Source: an uncultured Candidatus Saccharibacteria bacterium
GTDB lineage: Bacteria; Patescibacteriota; Saccharimonadia; Saccharimonadales; Saccharimonadaceae
Reading direction: 5' to 3'
Assembly: GCA_964561295.1 (NCBI GenBank)
Contig: CAZLPA010000002.1
Span: 21,542-45,541, forward strand
DNA length: 24,000 nt
Of this stretch, positions 7,002 through 13,615 are shown piece after piece. The translations under genes were made by a program, and so were the position numbers. The notes beneath the pieces are model-generated. The model worked only from the letters and a program-made list of their open reading frames with translations. It was not told the DNA's origin and searched no databases. How positions within the stretch are numbered: position 1 is the first letter of the stretch; each line of letters starts with the position of its first letter.

Positions 7002-8261
7002 ATGAATATTTTTGTAGGGGTAATTGTAGGGCTTTTAGTGCTAATGGTGCTTGTGACTCTGCATGAGCTGGGGCACTTTATCATGGCTCGACGCAATGGC
7101 GTAAAAGTACTAGAATTTGGAATTGGATTCCCGCCTAAAGCGATTGCTTGGGTTAAAAATCCAAAAACTAAAAAATGGCGTCGTTTACCGAAATCGGAAT
7201 GGAAAAAACCGCAAGAAGGGTTGATTTTTAGTTTGAACTGGCTGCCAATTGGTGGTTTCTGCCAAATGGACGGGGAATCGGCGGCCGATGACCGGCCGGG
7301 AACTTTTGGCCATGCTAGCTTTTGGAAGAAAACCAAAATCCTGCTGGGTGGCGTAATGATGAACTGGCTGACGGCAATTGTAATTTTTACGGTTTTAGCT
7401 TGGGTAGGAATGCCGGAATTTCTGGATGGACAGTTTACGGTAAGCCAAGACACGAGAATAGAATGGGTACCGGTTCAAATTGCATCGGTGGCAGAAGATT
7501 CACCGGCAGATCAAGCTGGGTTGGAGGCCGGAGATTATATTGTGGCGATAGATGGTATCGGAATGAAATATGCAAGTGACATCACGAGCTATAATGAGGC
7601 GCATGCTGGTGAAAATGTAACTGTCACAATAATACGTGGAATGGACGAGGAGTGCATCAAACAAACTAGCTGCGACGAAGAAACTTGTCCCTGCGCGACG
7701 AATGCTGAGATGATTGAGTCTAATGTGCTACTTAACCCGACCGACGCAGAATATCTACTGGGCGTAACTATGGAGAGCTCGCAATTAAGGACTTATTCAA
7801 CATGGTCGGCGCCGATTGTAGGGGTAGGGCTAACAGCTCAAATCACTGGCCAAACTTTCCAGGGCATAGGCGAAATGTTATGGAACTTAGTGCGCGGGGT
7901 TGGTTCTCTCTTTAGTTTTGATTCTGAAGTGCGTCAAGACGGTCAAGAGGCCATTTCGGCAGTGGGGGATTCGGTGTCAGGACCAGTGGGAATTATCGGC
8001 GTGCTGTTTCCGGCTTTTACTTCGGCCGGGCCGGCTAATTTAGCTTTCTTGGCGGCTATAATTTCAGTTTCTTTGGCTTGTATGAATATATTGCCGATTC
8101 CGGCATTAGATGGTGGACGATGGCTACTAATCGCAATTTATAAACTCCGTCGTAAAAAGTTAACCAAAGAGACCGAAGAAAAAATTGTCTCGCGAGCATT
8201 TGTCGTATTGCTTGCTATTATGTTTATAGTAACGATACTGGATATTGTAAGGTTTTTCTAA
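7002..8261 (+). CDS. rseP: RIP site-2 metalloprotease (M50 family) with one PDZ domain
   Basis: HELGHF zinc motif near the N-terminus. PDZ-like segment SPADQAGLEAGDYIVAIDG. NILPIPALDGG motif near the C-terminus. Multiple TM segments. Confidence 0.92.
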   Translation: MNIFVGVIVGLLVLMVLVTLHELGHFIMARRNGVKVLEFGIGFPPKAIAWVKNPKTKKWRRLPKSEWKKPQEGLIFSLNWLPIGGFCQMDGESAADDRPGTFGHASFWKKTKILLGGVMMNWLTAIVIFTVLAWVGMPEFLDGQFTVSQDTRIEWVPVQIASVAEDSPADQAGLEAGDYIVAIDGIGMKYASDITSYNEAHAGENVTVTIIRGMDEECIKQTSCDEETCPCATNAEMIESNVLLNPTDAEYLLGVTMESSQLRTYSTWSAPIVGVGLTAQITGQTFQGIGEMLWNLVRGVGSLFSFDSEVRQDGQEAISAVGDSVSGPVGIIGVLFPAFTSAGPANLAFLAAIISVSLACMNILPIPALDGGRWLLIAIYKLRRKKLTKETEEKIVSRAFVVLLAIMFIVTILDIVRFF

Positions 8262-8262
8262 A

Positions 8263-9006
8263 ATGCAAAAAAAGAGTTACATCAACAAACCCGCAATATT
8301 GATTTGTCTGATGTGCCTATGGGTTTTTGCTTCTGTGGTTGTGGCACAGCTTTTAGTAGGCAATTTGATAATTTTAATGGTCGGCAGAGAAACTTTTCAG
8401 CAGCCAGTCTGGACAGCGGTTTATTCCGCCGCAGCGTATGTACTGGCAACGATATTAGTGATTCTTATACCGCCACGCATCGCCAAAAAATGGGGAATAA
8501 CGCGTAGGGGACTGGGGCTTTTTGGAATGCCAACCTGGACTGATGTGGGCTTGGCGCCAGTTGGATTTATCGTGTCGCTGATTTTGGCGGCCGGATTGGT
8601 AGCGTTGTTTAGCCTATTTCCTTGGTTCAACGCTAGTGAGACACAAGAACTAGGTTTTAGCACGCTTCTAATTGGTGGCGATCGAGTGATAGCATTTATT
8701 ACATTGGTGGTGGTAGCGCCGATTGCAGAAGAAATAATATTCCGAGGCTGGCTATATGGTAAAGTCCGCGAAGTCTTAACTGACAAAGTAAACGAGAGGG
8801 CGGCGATTGCAATTGCGATTCTGATCGTGTCGATACTGTTTGGGTTGGTGCATTTTCAATGGAATGTAGGTGTAAATGTTTTTGCTTTATCTATTGTGTT
8901 ATGTGGGCTACGCGAAGTTACTGGTACTATTTACGCAGGTATTTTGACGCATATGATTAAAAACGGTGTAGCGTTTTATCTTTTGTATGTGCTTGGAATA
9001 GGATAG
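8263..9006 (+). CDS. CPBP family intramembrane glutamic endopeptidase (CAAX protease / Abi family)
   Basis: APIAEEIIFRGWLY (the EExxxR motif), FGLVHF and THMIKNG motifs. Polytopic membrane protein. Starts 1 nt after the rseP stop. Confidence 0.85.
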   Translation: MQKKSYINKPAILICLMCLWVFASVVVAQLLVGNLIILMVGRETFQQPVWTAVYSAAAYVLATILVILIPPRIAKKWGITRRGLGLFGMPTWTDVGLAPVGFIVSLILAAGLVALFSLFPWFNASETQELGFSTLLIGGDRVIAFITLVVVAPIAEEIIFRGWLYGKVREVLTDKVNERAAIAIAILIVSILFGLVHFQWNVGVNVFALSIVLCGLREVTGTIYAGILTHMIKNGVAFYLLYVLGIG

Positions 9007-9036
9007 AAAAAGGCCCGTGCTTTAAGCACGGGCCTT
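9007..9036. terminator. hairpin terminator between convergent genes (best oriented for the minus-strand gene)
   Basis: GGCCCGTGC (9012-9020) pairs with GCACGGGCC (9026-9034). On the minus strand the stem is followed by TTTTT (complement of 9007-9011). Confidence 0.75.
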
Positions 9037-9040
9037 AGGT

Positions 9041-10000
9041 TTACCGTTGGCGATGTTTCCAGGAGCTTGCTACGAGACAATACATGCTATAAACGCCACG
9101 ATAGCTGTATTTTTCTGGCGGCAGAGCTGACCTTGTAGACTCAGTGGCTGCGACCTCCTGCCCTTGATAGAGACAGATACCTTGAGCTTGGCTCTCAAAC
9201 ATAACTTCTGCTACGCCGGTAGCCGTGAGGCCAGAGCGAGTCGTGAACCGTTCGGAATCGGGTGACTCCACATCCAGCATGAAGTAAGGTTTTTGAGCCA
9301 TAGCGTCTAGCTTGGCCTGAAAGGCCCCTAACCCTCCGTCGATAGCATCTTTGAACGCGACGTTCATGATAAAATCGACTGGGGTATAGCAATAGTAATA
9401 TCCCATAATATCGCCACTTGGCGTCTGGTCAAGGCATTCCAGCATCAGAAAAGGATGCTTGCCGCTACGGGTTTTGGGCGGACAATGGCGAACGAAGATA
9501 GCATTGATAGCTTCCGTGACTTGGATATTAGCCGGAAAATCATAAGATCTCGACTTATTACCGCTAAGATATTCGTCTAGGCTACGCGATGGTCGCAAGT
9601 TGAAACCATCAATTGAGTGCTCACGCAACCAGAAGTTGACGATTTTCTTGAACTTCCGAGCTAGACGGTAGTTTAGCTTGTCGTCTGGCAGCCAGTCTAA
9701 TGCATTTTCGTACGGGCGGTACGGGGAGACGGAATCGAGGCACAACTCCATTAACACCTTGATGCCAAGGCGATGGGCTGTCGCGACAAAATCGTCAAAG
9801 TCCTGCAACGTACCAAAACGTCGGTCAATTACCATGAGGTCTGTGAGTTCGCAAATGTGGTCGTAAGTTGGTAGCGGGGCGAGCGGGCCGAGACAAACAT
9901 AATCGGCGGCGAGTTCTTTCACGCGCGTCAAGTGTTCGGTCATTTCGTCAAGCCCGCCCCAAGCAAAAGGCCACATTCGGTAAACCAAGGTTCTTGCCAT
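9041..10000 (-). CDS. truncated, degenerate GH13 (alpha-amylase/oligo-1,6-glucosidase-like) catalytic-domain protein, probably non-catalytic
   Basis: LVYRMWPFAW...LTRVKELAADYVCLGPL...VIDRRFGTLQDFDDFVATAHRLGIKVLMELCLDS parallels GH13 beta1-beta3. FWLREHSIDGFNLR occupies the GFRxD nucleophile region. LYQGQE occupies the YQGEE position. Only 319 aa. Strong SD (aaaggaggtg). Confidence 0.65.
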   Translation of the reverse strand: MARTLVYRMWPFAWGGLDEMTEHLTRVKELAADYVCLGPLAPLPTYDHICELTDLMVIDRRFGTLQDFDDFVATAHRLGIKVLMELCLDSVSPYRPYENALDWLPDDKLNYRLARKFKKIVNFWLREHSIDGFNLRPSRSLDEYLSGNKSRSYDFPANIQVTEAINAIFVRHCPPKTRSGKHPFLMLECLDQTPSGDIMGYYYCYTPVDFIMNVAFKDAIDGGLGAFQAKLDAMAQKPYFMLDVESPDSERFTTRSGLTATGVAEVMFESQAQGICLYQGQEVAATESTRSALPPEKYSYRGVYSMYCLVASSWKHRQR

Positions 10001-10059
10001 AAAGACACCTCCTTTTTATATTTGGCAAAAAGCTTAAAGTTCTAGGTTGTCTTCTTTTG

Positions 10060-10088
10060 ATTATATCATACTTATGCTTAAAAGTCAA
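10060..10088 (-). promoter_or_regulatory. consensus promoter (TTGACT-N17-TGATATAAT, minus strand) for the GH13-like gene
   Basis: Plus-strand agtcaa at 10083-10088 and attatatca at 10060-10068. This gives a leader of about 55 nt ending in a strong SD. Confidence 0.6.
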
Positions 10089-10113
10089 TATTACATCTGT
10101 CACAACAACGGTG

Positions 10114-10122
10114 TGGTATAAT
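10114..10122 (+). promoter_or_regulatory. extended -10 (TGGTATAAT) 7 nt upstream of the proS ATG; predicted leaderless start
   Basis: TATAAT at 10117-10122 and ATG at 10130, with no SD. Confidence 0.5.
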
Positions 10123-10129
10123 AGTTTTT

Positions 10130-11359
10130 ATGAGATTATCTAAGACTTTTATTAAAACTTTACGCGAGGCACCAAAAGATGAGACGGCGCTAAATGGCGC
10201 ACTACTTACACGTGCTGGCTACATTCACAAAGAAATGGCTGGAGTATATGATTATTTGCCACTTGGCCTCAGAGTGATAGAAAACATTAAAAATATTATC
10301 AGGGAAGAACTAAATAAATTGGGCTGCGAAGAAGTTTTGATGTCTGCCTTGCAAAATCCTGAACCGTGGGAGAAAACTGGGCGTTTTTCTGACCAAGAAG
10401 TTGATATTTGGTTTAAGACGGAACTTGCAAGCGGCGGTAAATTAGGGCTTGCTCCAACCCATGAAGAGCCGATGGTAAATATGCTGAAAACTTATATTTC
10501 AAGTTATAAAGATTTACCGCTTCAAGTGTACCAGTTCCAGACAAAGTTCAGAAACGAGCTTCGAGCAAAGTCTGGCATTTTACGTGGGCGTGAGTTTTTA
10601 ATGAAAGACCTCTATAGTTTCCATACTTCCGAAGAGGATTTGGATAAATTTTATGGTGAAGTAGAACAGGCTTATCGGCGAATTTTTACGAGATTAGGCT
10701 TAGGTGATGATACTTTTGAGACCTTTGCAAGTGGTGGAATTTTTGCAAAGTATTCGCACGAATTTCAGACTCTTTTGCCAGTAGGGGAGGATACGGTATA
10801 TTATAATAGCGACAGGTCTGTGGTGCTTAACAAAGAAGTTTTGAATGATGAGGTGCTAAAAGATCTGAATGTAAAACGAGAAGATCTATCAGAAGCCACT
10901 GCGGCCGAAGTGGCAAATATCTTTAAGTTGAAATTCAAATATTCTGAGCCACTGGGGCTAAGATTTGCAGATGAAAATAACGAACAGGAAACCGTATATA
11001 TGGGCTGCTATGGGATTGGCGTGTCTAGGTTGATGGGGGTGATTACTGAAAAATATGCCGACGAAAAGGGTTTGATTTGGCCAGAAGCGGTAGCGCCATT
11101 TAAATATTATTTGGTGGGCATTGGCGAAAGCGGGGCCAAAAAAGCTGCCGAATTGTATGAGCGTAGCCCAGATACCATCATCTTGGATGATCGTGACATT
11201 CGACCAGGCGAGAAATTTGCTGATGCTGAATTAATGGGGATTCCTTATCGAGTGGTAGTTTCGGAGCGGACGCTTGCAGAAGGTATGGCGGAAGTAACCG
11301 ACCGCCGTACCGGCGAGACTAAAATGTGTAGTCTTGACGCGGCTGAATTTTTACTGTAA
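10130..11359 (+). CDS. proS: proline--tRNA ligase, bacterial-type core lacking the INS editing domain
   Basis: MRLSKTFIKTLREAPKDE...LL.RAGYI......G.Y.YLPLG.RV is the bacterial ProRS N-terminus. Class II motifs are present (FRNE.RAKSGILRGREF, GCYGIGVSRL). A C-terminal anticodon-binding domain is present. At 409 aa it is about 160 aa shorter than INS-containing enzymes. Confidence 0.9.
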   Translation: MRLSKTFIKTLREAPKDETALNGALLTRAGYIHKEMAGVYDYLPLGLRVIENIKNIIREELNKLGCEEVLMSALQNPEPWEKTGRFSDQEVDIWFKTELASGGKLGLAPTHEEPMVNMLKTYISSYKDLPLQVYQFQTKFRNELRAKSGILRGREFLMKDLYSFHTSEEDLDKFYGEVEQAYRRIFTRLGLGDDTFETFASGGIFAKYSHEFQTLLPVGEDTVYYNSDRSVVLNKEVLNDEVLKDLNVKREDLSEATAAEVANIFKLKFKYSEPLGLRFADENNEQETVYMGCYGIGVSRLMGVITEKYADEKGLIWPEAVAPFKYYLVGIGESGAKKAAELYERSPDTIILDDRDIRPGEKFADAELMGIPYRVVVSERTLAEGMAEVTDRRTGETKMCSLDAAEFLL

Positions 11360-11387
11360 ACTCTATAAGAATTAAGTTGGAGCTATT

Positions 11388-11834
11388 ATGATTAAAAAGA
11401 GTATCAGCCTGACTGCAGAGGGTAAAAAAGAATTAGAAAAGGAGCTAGACGAATTAATCAAAAGTCGTCCAGCAATTGCGGAACGTATTGCGACGGCGCG
11501 AGCGTTTGGTGATTTATCGGAAAATGAAGAGTATAGTTCGGCACGTAACGAACAAAAAATTGCCGAAGGTAGAATTCTGGAAATTCAAGATATTTTGAAG
11601 AATGCCAAGATTATACGCGGTGGCAAAAAAGATGCTGTAGCACTAGGTGCAACCGTAGTATTGAACATGGGCGGGCGTGAAGTTACTTATGCACTAGTAG
11701 GTGCGACCGAGGCTAACCCACTTGAAGGCAAAATCTCTAACGAATCGCCGATCGGTAAAGCATTAGTGGGACGCAAGGCTGGCGAGACATTTGACTTTAA
11801 CGGCAAGACTGTGAAGATTGTAGAAATCAAGTAA
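11388..11834 (+). CDS. greA: transcription elongation factor GreA
   Basis: LTAEGKKELEKELDEL...RP.IAERIA.ARAFGDLSENEEYSSAR.EQ...GRI.EI...L.NA, with a C-terminal FKBP-like domain. Confidence 0.92.
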   Translation: MIKKSISLTAEGKKELEKELDELIKSRPAIAERIATARAFGDLSENEEYSSARNEQKIAEGRILEIQDILKNAKIIRGGKKDAVALGATVVLNMGGREVTYALVGATEANPLEGKISNESPIGKALVGRKAGETFDFNGKTVKIVEIK

Positions 11835-11836
11835 TA

Positions 11837-11845
11837 TGATATAAT
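11837..11845 (+). promoter_or_regulatory. extended -10 (TGATATAAT) 6 nt upstream of the lysS ATG; predicted leaderless start
   Basis: TATAAT at 11840-11845 and ATG at 11852. Confidence 0.5.
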
Positions 11846-11851
11846 ATTCAT

Positions 11852-12952
11852 ATGTTGCTTGAAGACTATCGAAATGAGAGATTAAAAAAATTAGAGGAAA
11901 TTCGGGCAAGAGGGATTGACCCGTATCCAGCCAAGAGCCATCGCAATACTAAGATTGCCGATGTAGTGAATCATTTTGACGAGAAACAAGGCCAAGAAGT
12001 AATTGTAGCTGGTCGCATTGTAGCCATTCGTTCGTTTGGCAAATTGGTGTTTTTGAAGCTGCGCGATTATACTGGCGAGGTGCAAATCTTCATGAAGGCC
12101 GAAGACGAAACGCCAACCGGATTGTTTGGTGCAAAAGAAGTACGGCTGTTAGATATGGGCGATTTCGTGGAAGCCAAGGGTGTAGTAGATAAATCGCAAA
12201 CTGGTGAAATTTCAGTATTTGCAAACTTTGTGAGACTCCTAACTAAATCTTTGCGGCCACTGCCAGAAAAGTTCACAAACAAGGAAGAGCGCTATCGCCG
12301 ACGCTATGTAGACATGAATGTTAATCCAGAGGTACGCGAGCGTTTGGTGCGCCGTTCTAAGTTTTGGCAGGCTACGCGTGATTTTATGAATGCACATGGT
12401 TTCATCGAGATTAATATCCCGGTGCTTGAGCATACCACAGGCGGAGCTGACGCAACGCCTTTTACCACACACATGAACGCGCTTGATGAAGACTTTTATC
12501 TGAGAATTTCTCATGAGCTACCTTTAAAGAGGTTGCTCGGCGGCGGGTTTGAAAAGGTTTATGATATCGGGCCAAGATTCAGAAATGAGGGCGTGGATGA
12601 TGAGCACTTGCCAGAACATATCGCATTTGAATCCTATGCAGCTTACGAGAACTACGAAGATGGCATGAAACTCTATGAGGAAATGATTAAATATGTGGCA
12701 ATGGAGACTTGGGGAACTTTGAAATTTCATGTTGGTGGTTTTGACATTGACCTGGATTGCGAATGGCCGCGCGTAAAATATGCTGACTTATTACGGGATA
12801 AGTTTGGCGTAGACGTATTCAATCCAGACCGCGAGCAGTTATTTAAGGTATTGAAAGATAACGGTGTAGAGGTCGACCCGAAGATGACTACACCACATCT
12901 TATAGACCATGTTTGGAAATTGATTCGCAAAACTTCGGCTGGCCCATACTGA
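11852..12952 (+). CDS. lysS: lysine--tRNA ligase, N-terminal 366-aa portion (OB-fold anticodon-binding domain plus catalytic motifs 1-2)
   Basis: R.LKKLEEIRARGIDPYP, then V.VAGRIVAIRSFGKLVFLKLRD.TGEVQ (OB fold), then RYRRRYVDM, FIEINIPVLE and FYLRISHELPLKRLL.GGFEKVYDIGP.FRNEG.D..H.PE. Confidence 0.85.
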   Translation: MLLEDYRNERLKKLEEIRARGIDPYPAKSHRNTKIADVVNHFDEKQGQEVIVAGRIVAIRSFGKLVFLKLRDYTGEVQIFMKAEDETPTGLFGAKEVRLLDMGDFVEAKGVVDKSQTGEISVFANFVRLLTKSLRPLPEKFTNKEERYRRRYVDMNVNPEVRERLVRRSKFWQATRDFMNAHGFIEINIPVLEHTTGGADATPFTTHMNALDEDFYLRISHELPLKRLLGGGFEKVYDIGPRFRNEGVDDEHLPEHIAFESYAAYENYEDGMKLYEEMIKYVAMETWGTLKFHVGGFDIDLDCEWPRVKYADLLRDKFGVDVFNPDREQLFKVLKDNGVEVDPKMTTPHLIDHVWKLIRKTSAGPY

Positions 12953-12967
12953 CTGATTGAAGAGCCA

Positions 12968-13303
12968 TTGTCTTTGTCGCCGCTAGCGAAGAAATCCGCG
13001 GAGAATCCTTTAGTGACAGAACGTTTCCACCCGATAATCGCCGGGACGGAAATGGGGAATGGTTTCTCAGAGCTTAATGACCCGCTAGACCAATTAGGGC
13101 GTTTTGAAGAACAGCAAGCAGCCCGGGATGCTGGTGACGAAGAAGCACAGATGCTAGATATGGATTTTGTGGAGATGCTAGAATACGGTATGCCACCAGC
13201 TTGTGGTTGGGGTAATTCAGAGCGTAATTTCTGGTTACTTGAGGGTGTACCTGGACGTGAGGCAGTGCCGTTCCCGACCATGAAACGCCAAGGACAAGAG
13301 TAA
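12968..13303 (+). CDS. lysS: lysine--tRNA ligase, C-terminal portion (motif 3 region); no ATG or SD of its own
   Basis: SPLAKK...P.VTERF...IAG.E.GNGFSELNDP.DQ..RFE.Q.AARDAGD.EA...D.DFV.MLEYGMPP..G.G.SER is present. The ORF-track start is a TTG. The frame is open back to the TGA at 12950. Confidence 0.7.
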   Translation: MSLSPLAKKSAENPLVTERFHPIIAGTEMGNGFSELNDPLDQLGRFEEQQAARDAGDEEAQMLDMDFVEMLEYGMPPACGWGNSERNFWLLEGVPGREAVPFPTMKRQGQE

Positions 13304-13305
13304 AC

Positions 13306-13334
13306 TTGACTTTTTAGCTTAAGTGTGATATAAT
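13306..13334 (+). promoter_or_regulatory. orphan consensus promoter (TTGACT-N17-TGATATAAT) with no downstream plus-strand ORF; points antisense into the DUF167 gene
   Basis: TTGACT at 13306-13311, 17-nt spacer, TGATATAAT at 13326-13334. It has the same architecture as the rpsB promoter. No start codon lies 6-11 nt downstream. Confidence 0.5.
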
Positions 13335-13354
13335 ATAAAGTATAGGGTTATTTC

Positions 13355-13573
13355 TTAAAATTCGACAATCTTAGTGTGTGATTTGGCACCACGAGTAATT
13401 TTGATGCTAGTTTTAGGAACCCTAAAATACTTAGACAATAGATTAATTAGGGCAGTATTAGCTTCACCATCGTGAGGTTTGGCACGTAAATGTACAGTGA
13501 GCTCGTCAGGGGCAACTTCAATGATTTTTTCTTGTGAAGAACCGGTTTTAACTGTAACTTTGTAGCGACTCAT
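13355..13573 (-). CDS. DUF167 (YggU family) protein
   Basis: 72 aa. V.VKTGSS.EKI.......L.V.L.A.P.DGEAN.ALI.LLSK.F.VPK..I.I..G..S..K.V.. matches the YggU/DUF167 pattern. Confidence 0.8.
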   Translation of the reverse strand: MSRYKVTVKTGSSQEKIIEVAPDELTVHLRAKPHDGEANTALINLLSKYFRVPKTSIKITRGAKSHTKIVEF

Positions 13574-13574
13574 A

Positions 13575-13596
13575 CCATATATTATATAATATATGG
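13575..13596. promoter_or_regulatory. perfect 22-bp AT-rich palindrome in the divergent DUF167/uvrB intergenic region; carries a TATAAT on each strand
   Basis: CCATATATTATATAATATATGG is its own reverse complement. The minus-strand TATAAT (13581-13586) lies 7 nt from the DUF167 ATG at 13573. Confidence 0.6.
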
Positions 13597-13599
13597 CCG

Positions 13600-13608
13600 T
13601 GATATAAT
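13600..13608 (+). promoter_or_regulatory. extended -10 (TGATATAAT) 7 nt upstream of the uvrB ATG; predicted leaderless start
   Basis: TATAAT at 13603-13608 and ATG at 13616. Confidence 0.5.
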
Positions 13609-13615
13609 AATAGAT

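Larger units (their letters stand above)
11852..13303 (+). pseudogene. lysS: class II lysine--tRNA ligase, full-length reading frame interrupted by one in-frame TGA (12950-12952); either a pseudogene, a sequencing error or a read-through gene
   Basis: Both ORFs (11852-12952 and 12968-13303) are in the same frame. The stretch from 12953 to 12967 is also open. The joined product of about 483 aa is colinear with bacterial LysRS. Confidence 0.6.

Noticed and set aside
12727-13281. 184-aa minus-strand ORF antisense to lysS. Similar shadow ORFs lie at 4632-5126(-), 6989-7453(-), 8421-8786(-), 15214-15621(-), 17610-18077(+), 21102-21548(-), 3847-4263(+) and 1879-2127(-).
   Set aside because: All lie entirely inside strongly supported conserved genes on the opposite strand. 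They have Ser/Pro/Arg-rich or low-complexity composition and lack promoters or SDs. They are typical antisense shadow ORFs.
13575-13608. LexA/SOS box upstream of uvrB
   Set aside because: The palindrome does not match the known LexA operator consensus sequences (CGAAC-N4-GTTCG or CTGT-N8-ACAG). I keep it only as an uncharacterised palindrome.
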